From Myxococcota bacterium (GTDB taxonomy: Bacteria > Myxococcota > XYA12-FULL-58-9 > JALHOP01): a stretch of 44,975 nt of DNA. Positions 16,794 to 25,365 of the stretch are shown one piece after another. Made by a program: the position numbers and the translations under genes. The notes beneath the pieces were generated by a model. The model was not told the DNA's origin. It ran no database searches and saw only the letters and a list, made by a program, of their open reading frames with translations. The stretch is taken from NCBI GenBank assembly GCA_041288095.1, contig JBGGMJ010000206.1:1-44975 (forward strand). Reading direction: 5' to 3'. The stretch's first letter is position 1. Each line of letters begins with the position of its first letter.

Positions 16794-17440
16794 CAACACC
16801 GGACCATGGGGTCCAGGCAAATGACGGCCTTGATGATCCGATGCATCTTGAATTGCCGGTCGGCGTTCTTTTCCAGGTCGTGCACGTTCAACAGGGTCTC
16901 GGCGCGGTCCATGACGACGGAGCGAATGCGGATGATGCGCTCGCTCTCGATGTTGTCGTGGAGGTAGGTGATGCGCACCGGTTGTTGCTCGATCCAGGCG
17001 CGCTCGATGCAGGCGCGTACTTCGGGCTTGGGCGTGTGCGCGGGCACGCCGGTGAACATCAGCGACTCCGATAGTCGCGCCAGCTCGCGCTGGCCCTCGG
17101 TCGGCAAGGCGGCGCGAACCTTGTCGAGGGCGGCGCTCAAGGTGTCGAAGAAGGGGAGAATGCGCAGGCGAATGAGCAGAGTGCCGGCGGCGACCAAGAC
17201 AGCGGCTTCCCTGGCGGTGAAGTTCACCGGCGGGAGGCTGTACGCTTTGTCGAGGGCGTAGCCGCCGCCCCGGCCGCGCTCGGCATGCAACGGTAGCGAG
17301 GCATCGCGGAGGCTATCCAAGTCCCTGTAAACCGTGCGGATTGTGACACCGAAGCGCTCCGCGAGCAGGGACGCGGTGACGCCGGTGCGACGGCCCCGCA
17401 GGTACTCGGCCATGGCGAAAAGGCGTTCCGTACGGCGCAC
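16793..17440 (-). CDS. HTH_11-WYL transcriptional regulator (YafY/PafC-like, short, no WCX)
   Basis: MRRTERLF...LAERFGVTIRTVYRDLDSL...GRGGGY...PPVNFT; WYL-end motif RQFKMHRI; GTG start 17440. Confidence 0.88.
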   Translation of the reverse strand: MRRTERLFAMAEYLRGRRTGVTASLLAERFGVTIRTVYRDLDSLRDASLPLHAERGRGGGYALDKAYSLPPVNFTAREAAVLVAAGTLLIRLRILPFFDTLSAALDKVRAALPTEGQRELARLSESLMFTGVPAHTPKPEVRACIERAWIEQQPVRITYLHDNIESERIIRIRSVVMDRAETLLNVHDLEKNADRQFKMHRIIKAVICLDPMVRC

Positions 17441-17449
17441 GAAAACAAA

Positions 17450-17467
17450 CCTGACATAGTCCTGACA
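17450..17467. promoter_or_regulatory. Direct repeat CCTGACA-TAGT-CCTGACA; candidate WYL-regulator operator
   Basis: 11-bp-period repeat in the short gap between the divergent WYL and GST-like genes. Confidence 0.5.
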
Positions 17468-17479
17468 CTGCGGCAAGCG

Positions 17480-18466
17480 ATGATGGCTGGCGTGGAGGAC
17501 GTCATGGTGGCGATGCGCGGAGTGGTGCTGGTCGAGGATGGCGGTGAATCCGCCGGCAGCCTCAAGGTTCGGCGGGCGTTGATGTTGCTAGGTGTTGCCT
17601 ACGCCACGCGACAGGACGCCGCGGCCAGCGAGCCGGTGCTCGTTTGGGATTGCGACGAGGTCCGCGGCGCGACGCGCATCCTCGAGACCTTGAACCGCGC
17701 GACCGACCGCTCCTTGGTGAGCGGCTGTGGTAGTCAGCGTGGTGAAGCCTGGTTGTGGGAAGAGCTCGGCGATACCTCGTTGGTGCAGTTTCTGGAGGCG
17801 GCGCGCTGGGCGGACCCGGACAACTGGCGGCGCCGGCGTCTGTCGCTGAGAGCGGCCATTGCCCGACGACGTATCGTGGCGGGGCTCACGGTCTGGCGCG
17901 ACGGTCGCCAAGCGTGTTGGCTGCGCTTCCAGCAGCTCCTGAATCGCCTCGAGGCGCGGGCGCCGGGCGACGGCTTCTGGCTTGGCGAAGAGGTCACGGT
18001 GGCGGATCTTGCGTTGTTCGCGCCGCTGCACCTGATGCAAAGCGATTTGACGCCATGGCAAGCCGAGCAAATCGCCGCGCGCCCGGCGCTAGCGGCTTAT
18101 CTCGTGCGCGTCGATGTCGCGACCCAGCTCGGGCCGTTCGCGTTGCAGGTTCAGCGGCCGCGCTGCTTGAGCAAATCGCCGAGGGTTCCCAAGCTGCGTG
18201 GTGCACCGCTCGAGCGGTTGTACGTGTCGACCATGCCGCGCTCTTCGGCCTCGTCGTGCGAGCGCTTCGAGACCCGTGGCCGACCTTTGCCGGCGGCCTC
18301 CATGACGCGCACGGTGAGCTTCGAGCCGGCCGGGAAGGCACGCGCAAGCTCGGTGCCGGGAGGCGTGCCGGTCTCGGCCGCGGGCAGGAAGGCTTCGGCG
18401 CCGCTGGGCATGGTGACGACCACGCCGCCGCGCTCGGCGCTGGCGACGGTAACCTCGATGGTCTGA
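17480..18466 (+). CDS. Degenerate glutathione S-transferase-like protein, possibly a pseudogene
   Basis: LKVRRALMLLGVAY and FWLGEEVTVADLALFAPL. Similarity ends near 18125, but the frame runs on antisense into the S1 gene. Confidence 0.6.
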   Translation: MMAGVEDVMVAMRGVVLVEDGGESAGSLKVRRALMLLGVAYATRQDAAASEPVLVWDCDEVRGATRILETLNRATDRSLVSGCGSQRGEAWLWEELGDTSLVQFLEAARWADPDNWRRRRLSLRAAIARRRIVAGLTVWRDGRQACWLRFQQLLNRLEARAPGDGFWLGEEVTVADLALFAPLHLMQSDLTPWQAEQIAARPALAAYLVRVDVATQLGPFALQVQRPRCLSKSPRVPKLRGAPLERLYVSTMPRSSASSCERFETRGRPLPAASMTRTVSFEPAGKARASSVPGGVPVSAAGRKASAPLGMVTTTPPRSALATVTSMV

Positions 18467-19545
18467 CCACTCGACACCTTTTCGCTCGTGGCGCCGGCGT
18501 CTTTCATGGTCAGGGCGATGCGATGTTTGGCCTCGTCGATCGACAGCACGCGCACTTGCACCTCGTCGCCGACCCCGACGACGTCGCTCGGCATGCGCAC
18601 GCGCTTGTGGGAAAGCTCGCTCACGTGCGCGAGCCCTTGCACGCCGGGCTCGAGCTCGATGAAAGCGCCGAAGGTCTCGAGCTTCACCACCTTGCCGGCG
18701 AAGGTCTGACCCACGGGCTTTCGCGCCACGAAGCCGTCGAACGGATCGGCCTGTGTCGACTTCATCGACAATCCGATGCGCTGCTGGCCGGGGCGCTTCG
18801 GATCCTCCTCGATGCGCACGATGTCGACCTCGACGAGATCGCCTTCCTTCACGATGTCACGCGCGTCCTTGATACGGCTGTGCGACAGGGACGCCATCGG
18901 AATCATGCCGTCGACGCCTCCGAGATCGACGAACACGCCGAAGTCGGTGAGGCGGCTGACCGTGCCCTTCACGCGTTGGCCCACGGCGAGCGACTTGCGC
19001 AGCTCGTCGCCCTTGGCGCGGCGTTCGGCCTCCACAAGGGCTCGCCGGCTCAAGACCACGTTGCGTCCGCCTTCGCGGATTTCACGGACGAGGAACTGCA
19101 TCGTTTTGCCGACCAGAGTCTGCGGATCGTCGCTGAAGTTGATGTCGATCTGCCCCAGCGGACAGAAGGCGCGGGTGTTGCCGACGCTGACCTCGATGCC
19201 GCCCTTGTTGACTCCCGTGACCGTGCCTTCGACGGGCATCCCGGCGGCACGCGCTTGCTCGAGCATCTCGCCGCTCATCCGGTCACGGCCGAGCTTTAGG
19301 CCGAGCTCGATGCCGTCGCGCGTCGACACGACCATGGCGTCGATGCTGTCGCCGATAGCGACGTTGCGCTCCCCCAAGGCGATGCGCGGCATGAACGCTT
19401 CCTGCGCGTGGCCGAGGGCGAAGAACACGTTCTCCTTGCCCATATGGATGATCTTCGCGCTTACGCGGTCACCCACCTGCAGGCGCTTTTGCTTGCCGGT
19501 GTCGTATTCTTCGAGGAGGGCTGCGAAATCGTTGTCGTCGGTCAT
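18151..19545 (-). CDS. Multi-S1-domain RNA-binding protein (RpsA-like paralog)
   Basis: About five S1 repeats (NKGGIEV...AFCP; TDFGVFVDLGGVDG; ETFGAFIELEPGVQGLAHVSEL); C-terminal LGTLGDLL; ATG 19545 overlaps the upstream stop. Confidence 0.9.
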   Translation of the reverse strand: MTDDNDFAALLEEYDTGKQKRLQVGDRVSAKIIHMGKENVFFALGHAQEAFMPRIALGERNVAIGDSIDAMVVSTRDGIELGLKLGRDRMSGEMLEQARAAGMPVEGTVTGVNKGGIEVSVGNTRAFCPLGQIDINFSDDPQTLVGKTMQFLVREIREGGRNVVLSRRALVEAERRAKGDELRKSLAVGQRVKGTVSRLTDFGVFVDLGGVDGMIPMASLSHSRIKDARDIVKEGDLVEVDIVRIEEDPKRPGQQRIGLSMKSTQADPFDGFVARKPVGQTFAGKVVKLETFGAFIELEPGVQGLAHVSELSHKRVRMPSDVVGVGDEVQVRVLSIDEAKHRIALTMKDAGATSEKVSSGQTIEVTVASAERGGVVVTMPSGAEAFLPAAETGTPPGTELARAFPAGSKLTVRVMEAAGKGRPRVSKRSHDEAEERGMVDTYNRSSGAPRSLGTLGDLLKQRGR

Positions 19546-20774
19546 GCGGCCGAGGGGCTTAGCACGCCCGAGGCGCCCAGCGTAAGACCAACGCGCCTGC
19601 CGGTCACCCAGGCCCAGAGGAAGTTGAAGCCGCCGATGCGGCCGGTGACGTCGAGCATCTCGCCGCAAACGAACAGGCCGGGCGCGATACGGCTCTCGAG
19701 GGTCTTCAGCGACAGCTCGTCGAGGGGAATGCCGCCGGCGGTCACCTCGGCGGTGCGATAGCCCTCGCTGCCGGTCACGACGAGCGAGCAGCTCGTCAGC
19801 TCACCCGCGAGGCGCTTGCGCTCGTCGCGTGACAAGTCGCTCATCATCCGCTCGAGCGGTATGTCGCAACGCTCGAAGAGCATGTCGGCGAGCCGCCTCG
19901 GCAGGTGTTCGCGCACCAGCGTCACGACGGCGCGCTTCTGCGGCGTGGTGAGGAGGCGCTCCCAATCGAGGTCGGGGGCCCAGTCGGCGAGGAGCTGGCC
20001 GGCTGGGTCGGGCTGGGTGAAATGGCGGCTCACATCCAGGGTCGCGGGTCCGGAGAAGCCGGTGTGCGTGAACAAGAAGTCTTCGCGGCGTTTGGTGATG
20101 CTCTTGCCGCCGGCGGTGCGCACGTCGAGCTCGAGGTTGAGCGACAGACCCGCGAGCTCGTGCCATCGGTGCTCGTCGGTGAGGAGGGGGACGAGCGCCG
20201 CGTAGGTCGGGAGCACGGTGTGACCCAGCTTCTTGGCCATGCCCCAGGTGCCGCCGTCGCTGCCGGTGCGCGGCATCGATAGCCCGCCTCCCGAGAGCAC
20301 GACGCGCGCCGCCCGCAAGGTCTCGCCGCCTTCGAGGGTCAAGAGGAAGCTGTCGCTATCGCGGACGAGAGAGACGACGCGGGCCTCGCCGCGCAACGTC
20401 ACCCGCGCCCGCGACATGGCGGCGAGCAGCGCGTCGACCACGTCTTTCGATCGGTCGCTGACCGGGAACATTTTGCCGGTCTCCTCGACCTTCAAGGCGA
20501 TGCCGAGGTCGGTCGTGAAGAAGCGCTTCACCTCTTCGAGGGGCCAAGACATCAAGACATTGCGCATCGCGTTCGGCGAGCCGCCGGTATGGTAATCCGC
20601 GAGCGTCATCACCGAGGGCAGCACGTTGCAGCGGCCGCCTCCGCTGACGCGGATCTTCGCGCCCGGTGCGCGGCGGGTCTCGAGCAGCAGCACCGGCACG
20701 CCTGCGTTGCCGGCGAAGATCGCGGCCAGCATGCCCGCGGCGCCGCTACCGATGATGACGACGGGGTGAATCAC
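19542..20774 (-). CDS. HI0933/BaiN (YhiN)-family FAD-dependent oxidoreductase
   Basis: IIGSGAAG, KIRVSGGGRCN, FTHTGFSGP, VTAGG, GEMLDVTGRIGGFNFLWAW. Confidence 0.93.
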   Translation of the reverse strand: MIHPVVIIGSGAAGMLAAIFAGNAGVPVLLLETRRAPGAKIRVSGGGRCNVLPSVMTLADYHTGGSPNAMRNVLMSWPLEEVKRFFTTDLGIALKVEETGKMFPVSDRSKDVVDALLAAMSRARVTLRGEARVVSLVRDSDSFLLTLEGGETLRAARVVLSGGGLSMPRTGSDGGTWGMAKKLGHTVLPTYAALVPLLTDEHRWHELAGLSLNLELDVRTAGGKSITKRREDFLFTHTGFSGPATLDVSRHFTQPDPAGQLLADWAPDLDWERLLTTPQKRAVVTLVREHLPRRLADMLFERCDIPLERMMSDLSRDERKRLAGELTSCSLVVTGSEGYRTAEVTAGGIPLDELSLKTLESRIAPGLFVCGEMLDVTGRIGGFNFLWAWVTGRRVGLTLGASGVLSPSAA

Positions 20775-21991
20775 TCGCAGCTGAGAGAGCCCGCGGACGA
20801 CGCGGCGTACGCGTTGACCTTGGCGATGAGGTTGCCGCCGTCGGTCTCGGGGCTCGTCTGCGCGTCGTTGCCCGTACCGAAGAACAAGCCGGCGACGTGC
20901 GCCGCCGCGACCTCGTTCATGTGGCTGAAGAGGTAGTCGACGCGATTGTCCTTCCAGTGCTGGTGCGTGTTGTTCATGGCGGCGTTACCCATCGGGATCT
21001 GCCACCAAACGATGGGGACACCCAAGCTCGTCGCGAGGTGCCCACCCCACGTCAGCGCCTGGGTGAAATTCGGCAGGGTGTCACCGGTATCGAGCCAGGT
21101 GTCCTGGCCCTGGGTGACCTCGTACCAACCGGCGTCGCGATCCGACATGTCGGACGCGATGAAGTCGCCTGCGGCGGCGCCGCACTCGCGCAGGAAGGTC
21201 GCGAGCTTCACTGCCTCGGCTTGGAGATCGAACGACGGGTTGGTGTTCGCGAGGACGTCTGTGAGCGTGCCCCACACCGAGGCGTGCAGGCCGACCACGG
21301 CGTTCGGCGCGTACTTCCTCGTCATGGCGATGACGCAGCGGCCGAAGCCCGCGCCGTCGTTCGCGAGCCCGGCGCAGTCGGTGTTGACGCGCGACACCGC
21401 CGCGGGTCGCGCGTGCGCGTCGTTGGCGCTCTCGATCTGCAAGTGTCCCCAGAAGTCGGGCTCGACGTGGATGATGGCGCGCTCGTCGCCGATGTTCTGC
21501 AGCAAGCGCTTGAAGTCGGCATAGTACCGCCGCATGCCGTCGTCGTTGTTCAAGAAGGCCATCTCCGCCGCGTTGCCCGCGTAACCGGTCGCTTGCAGGA
21601 TCTGGTAGTAGGTGAACATCGGCACCTGACCACGCGCTTTGGCGTTGGCCACGAAGTCGCGGACGTATTGGCCGGGCGGCAGCGACGTGTCCTGCCAGCA
21701 GCCCCACCAAGCTCCGCCCACGGCGCAGCCGGCCGTGCAGCTCACGCACGCGCCCAGCGCCGGTAGCTCACTCGCGATGTAGACGTAGTGGACGTCGAAG
21801 GGCGCGGCGTTCGCGGTCGTGCTCTCCATGTCGGCGCCGATGGCGACGCGCTCGACGCCGAGCATCATCGCGAGCTCGTTGCACGCGTCGGGTAAATCGG
21901 GGGGGCCGTCGTCGTGATCATTTTCGCCCACCGGTGTCGACGAAGAGCAAGCGACCAGCAACGAGAGCCAGGCGCAGGCGACGAGCTTCAC
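20771..21991 (-). CDS. Lipoprotein with a probable glycoside-hydrolase-like TIM barrel
   Basis: Lipobox LVAC; PMFTYYQ, HVEPDFWG, SDRDAG, WWQIPMGN; Trp-rich. The fold is inferred. Confidence 0.65.
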   Translation of the reverse strand: MKLVACAWLSLLVACSSSTPVGENDHDDGPPDLPDACNELAMMLGVERVAIGADMESTTANAAPFDVHYVYIASELPALGACVSCTAGCAVGGAWWGCWQDTSLPPGQYVRDFVANAKARGQVPMFTYYQILQATGYAGNAAEMAFLNNDDGMRRYYADFKRLLQNIGDERAIIHVEPDFWGHLQIESANDAHARPAAVSRVNTDCAGLANDGAGFGRCVIAMTRKYAPNAVVGLHASVWGTLTDVLANTNPSFDLQAEAVKLATFLRECGAAAGDFIASDMSDRDAGWYEVTQGQDTWLDTGDTLPNFTQALTWGGHLATSLGVPIVWWQIPMGNAAMNNTHQHWKDNRVDYLFSHMNEVAAAHVAGLFFGTGNDAQTSPETDGGNLIAKVNAYAASSAGSLSCE

Positions 21992-24504
21992 GGAGTGCTC
22001 GCGATATCGGACACCAGCTGCCTGAGCCTGGCGATGTCGACCGGCTTCGTGAGGTGCGCATCGAAGCCTGCTTCGCGCGAGCGCTCTCGGTCGCGGGCCT
22101 GTCCGTAACCCGAGACGGCGACGACATGGGTGGCCGCGGTGCGCGGATCGGTGGCCCGCAACGCCGCGGCGACCTGGTAACCGTCCATGCCTGGGAGCCC
22201 GATGTCGAGGAGGACGAGCTCCGGGCTCAGGCTGTCGGCGATGCGCAAAGCCGAGGGCCCGTCACCCGCGACCTCGACCTTGTGACCCCAGAGGGTGAGG
22301 AGCTGCGCCAGCGACTCGGCCGCGTCGACGTTGTCGTCGACGACGAGAACCTTCAGGCAGGCGCGGTGGAGCTTGCGCTGAGGGATGGGGATGGTCGCGA
22401 CCTGCTCCGGGGGTGCCTCCGCGAGCGGCAGTTGCACGATGAACTCGCTGCCGCGGCCCATGCCTTCGCTGCTTACCGCCACGTGGCCACCGTGCATCTC
22501 GGCGATGCGCTTCACCATGGTGAGGCCGATGCCGAGCCCACCCTGAGCGCGGTCGAGGGCGCGCGACGCCTGCATGAACGGCTCGAAGACATGGGGCAAC
22601 ATGTCGGAGGAGATGCCGATTCCGGTATCGCGGACACGCACGATGAGGTCGCTGCCCCGGCGTCGCAGAGAGAATTCAACCTTGCCACCGGGCTCGGTGT
22701 ACTTCGCCGCGTTGTTCAGGAGGTTCGTGAACACTTGATCGAGGCGGACGGGATCCGCCTCCATCCACAGGCCGTCGCTTATCTCGCAGGTGAGCTCGTG
22801 GCGCCGCGCCGTCATGATGTGGCTCGCGGCGTCGGCGGCGGCTCGCGCGATGGGGCCGATCTCGACGCGCGTGCGCCGCAGCTCGATCTTGCCGCGGGTG
22901 ACGCGCGATACATCCAGCAAGTCGTCGACCAAGCGGGCGAGGTGGTGCACCTGGCGCTCGATGGTGTGCAGCAAATGCTCCGCTTGAGCGGGGGACTTGG
23001 TCTCGCGGATCAGCTGGATGCCGATGAGCATTGGCGCCAGCGGGTTACGCAGCTCGTGCGACAGCATCGCTAGGAACTCGTCCTTGCGCCGATCGGCGTC
23101 GCGCGCGTCGCGGTGGAGTCTCGCCCGCTCGATGGCCTGCGCGCCCTGACGGGCAAGCGCATAGAGAAAGCTCTGGTCCTCCGGCGCGAAGGTTTGAACC
23201 TCGTGGAACGAGAGGCCGAGCACGGCGGTCGAGCGATCTTGGGTCACCAGTGGCACGGCGCACAGAGCGGCGGTGCCCGGCGCGAGCACCGCCAACTGCG
23301 GGAACTCGCGCGCGTAGTCTTGCGGCGAGTGCACCCAGACAGGCCGGCCCGTCTGGAAGGCCACGGCGGCCGGGCTCTTACCGTCGATCTCGATGGTGCG
23401 ATAGTGATCGAGCAAGGCGCTGTCGTACCCATTCGATTGCAAGAGCGTCAGGTGCGTGCCGTCGATGGTCGGCATCATGATCATGCCGGCGTAGGCGCGC
23501 AGCGCGGCGACCGCCTGGCCGACAAGGATCGTGCCGATGGCCTCCGCGTCGAGGGCGCCCACGAGCTGGGCCGTGATTGCCTGCAGGCGCGTGGTGCGCT
23601 CCGCCGAGCGTTCGGCCGCCTTCCGGGCACGCTGCTCCGCCCGATACAGACGGGTGTTGCTCGCCGCGAGGCCGAAACGCCGCGACAGGTCCTCGGCGGC
23701 GGCGAGCGTCTCTGCGTCGAAGTCGCGGACGTCGTCGCTTGCCGCCAGCGTCATCGCGGCGATTCCGCCATCGCGGCCGATGAGTGGGACGACGATCGCC
23801 GATCGGCAAGGCGAGGCGGCGTCGCCGAAGGGGCTAACGCCGTCGGCGACCACGCGAGCCGGTCTGCCTTGGAGCGCGTCGTCGATCGCCGAGCCCGACA
23901 GCACCGCGCGCTCGCCGATCCGTGAGAGGCGCCTGGCGCTTTCTTCTTTGTACGCGATGGCGGCAAGACCGTTGGCGGCGTCCGATGGGCGCAGATGGAT
24001 GCTGCACCAGTCGGCGCAGGTCGCGACCGCGAGCTCGGCCATGCGTGACCAGATCTGTGGGCTGTCACCGTCGGTCTCGAGCAGCAGCATGGCGTCGTTG
24101 AAGAAGCGTCGTGCCTCGAGGGCGCGTTGCTCGCTGGAGACGTCGGCCAGGGCCAACGTGACGCCGCGGACCGGGTCGCCGTCGGGAGTCGCGGTGACGC
24201 TCAGATAGCGCCGCCCCCGAGGGAAGCTCGCGAGCATGGTGTCTTCGCCGCGGCGGCCGGCAAGGGCCGCGTCCAGCATGCGGCGGATAGCCTCGAGGGC
24301 TCCATCGAAGTGCGTCGAAAGAGGTTCGCCGACAGGCGAATTCGTGAACAACGCCTGGTAGTTGGAGCTCGCGAAGCGGCACACCCCAGTGACGTCGTAA
24401 TAGGCGACCGCCAAAGGCAATGCCTCGACGACGCTCGCAAGCGGCGTTTCGTCCTCCCCCAACCCCATGCTCAAGTCATGACGGGGCCAGCTCTCTTTCG
24501 TCAA
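21988..24504 (-). CDS. Hybrid sensor histidine kinase (PAS-GAF-GAF-HisKA-HATPase-REC)
   Basis: LSHELRNPL, NLLNNAAKYT, DTGIGI, GLGIGL, LLDIGLPGMDG; start uncertain (24504 or 24468). Confidence 0.93.
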   Translation of the reverse strand: MTKESWPRHDLSMGLGEDETPLASVVEALPLAVAYYDVTGVCRFASSNYQALFTNSPVGEPLSTHFDGALEAIRRMLDAALAGRRGEDTMLASFPRGRRYLSVTATPDGDPVRGVTLALADVSSEQRALEARRFFNDAMLLLETDGDSPQIWSRMAELAVATCADWCSIHLRPSDAANGLAAIAYKEESARRLSRIGERAVLSGSAIDDALQGRPARVVADGVSPFGDAASPCRSAIVVPLIGRDGGIAAMTLAASDDVRDFDAETLAAAEDLSRRFGLAASNTRLYRAEQRARKAAERSAERTTRLQAITAQLVGALDAEAIGTILVGQAVAALRAYAGMIMMPTIDGTHLTLLQSNGYDSALLDHYRTIEIDGKSPAAVAFQTGRPVWVHSPQDYAREFPQLAVLAPGTAALCAVPLVTQDRSTAVLGLSFHEVQTFAPEDQSFLYALARQGAQAIERARLHRDARDADRRKDEFLAMLSHELRNPLAPMLIGIQLIRETKSPAQAEHLLHTIERQVHHLARLVDDLLDVSRVTRGKIELRRTRVEIGPIARAAADAASHIMTARRHELTCEISDGLWMEADPVRLDQVFTNLLNNAAKYTEPGGKVEFSLRRRGSDLIVRVRDTGIGISSDMLPHVFEPFMQASRALDRAQGGLGIGLTMVKRIAEMHGGHVAVSSEGMGRGSEFIVQLPLAEAPPEQVATIPIPQRKLHRACLKVLVVDDNVDAAESLAQLLTLWGHKVEVAGDGPSALRIADSLSPELVLLDIGLPGMDGYQVAAALRATDPRTAATHVVAVSGYGQARDRERSREAGFDAHLTKPVDIARLRQLVSDIASTP

Positions 24505-24567
24505 GCGGCATCAAACACGCTTGGGTTTCACGGAGGGGTGGGGTAATAGGACCCCGGGGGAGCTGTA

Positions 24568-25365
24568 GTGTCATCGCCGATTCGGCCAGATCAGGGCGAC
24601 GTCTCCACGATCGCCGACAGCGATGGGCGACGCCTAGAGGCGGATCGACTGCGCCGCGCCCTGGACGCGCGTGACGACTTCCTGGCGGCGGCGGCGCACG
24701 AGCTCCGGACCCCCATCGGCACGATGTTGCTGCACGTCGAGAGCATCGCGCAGCTCGCCCGCGATAGCGGTTCCGAGGCGCTCGCGGCCCGCGTGGCGAC
24801 GCTGCAAGCGCAGATGCGTCATTACGCCCGTCGCGCCACGACTTTGCTCGACGTCTCGGTGCTCCTCGCCGGCAAGTTGCAGCTGCGGCTGGAATTGCTC
24901 GATGTAGCCGAGCTCGTGGGTGACGTCATCGAGCTGGTTCGTGTCGAAGCCGAGCGCGCCGGGTCCTCGTTGACGTTCGAGGCCCTCGCCCGTCCCTGCG
25001 GCGCGTTCGATCGGACGCGCCTCGAGCAAGTCGCGTTGAACTTGCTCAGCAACGCCATCAAATATGGCGCTGGCGAGCCCATCAGAGCCCGCGTCGAGAC
25101 GGTCGACGATCATGTCTTGCTGACCATCGTCGACAAAGGCATCGGCATCAGCGCCGAGGACCAAACGCGAATCTTCGGTCGTTTCGAGCGTGTGCCCTTC
25201 GCAAAGGAGAACGACGTACCGAGCGGTGGCTTCGGCGTCGGCTTGTGGATCGTCAAGGAGATCGTCGACGCCATGGGCGGGACGATCAATGTCGTGAGTC
25301 GCTCGGGGGAGGGCTCATCATTCACCGTGGCGCTGCCGCTAACGCGTCACCGAGACATTCAATGA
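24568..25365 (+). CDS. Minimal soluble histidine kinase without a sensor domain
   Basis: AAHELRTP, NLLSNAIKYG, DKGIGI, GFGVGL; only about 40 aa precede the H-box. Confidence 0.9.
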   Translation: MSSPIRPDQGDVSTIADSDGRRLEADRLRRALDARDDFLAAAAHELRTPIGTMLLHVESIAQLARDSGSEALAARVATLQAQMRHYARRATTLLDVSVLLAGKLQLRLELLDVAELVGDVIELVRVEAERAGSSLTFEALARPCGAFDRTRLEQVALNLLSNAIKYGAGEPIRARVETVDDHVLLTIVDKGIGISAEDQTRIFGRFERVPFAKENDVPSGGFGVGLWIVKEIVDAMGGTINVVSRSGEGSSFTVALPLTRHRDIQ

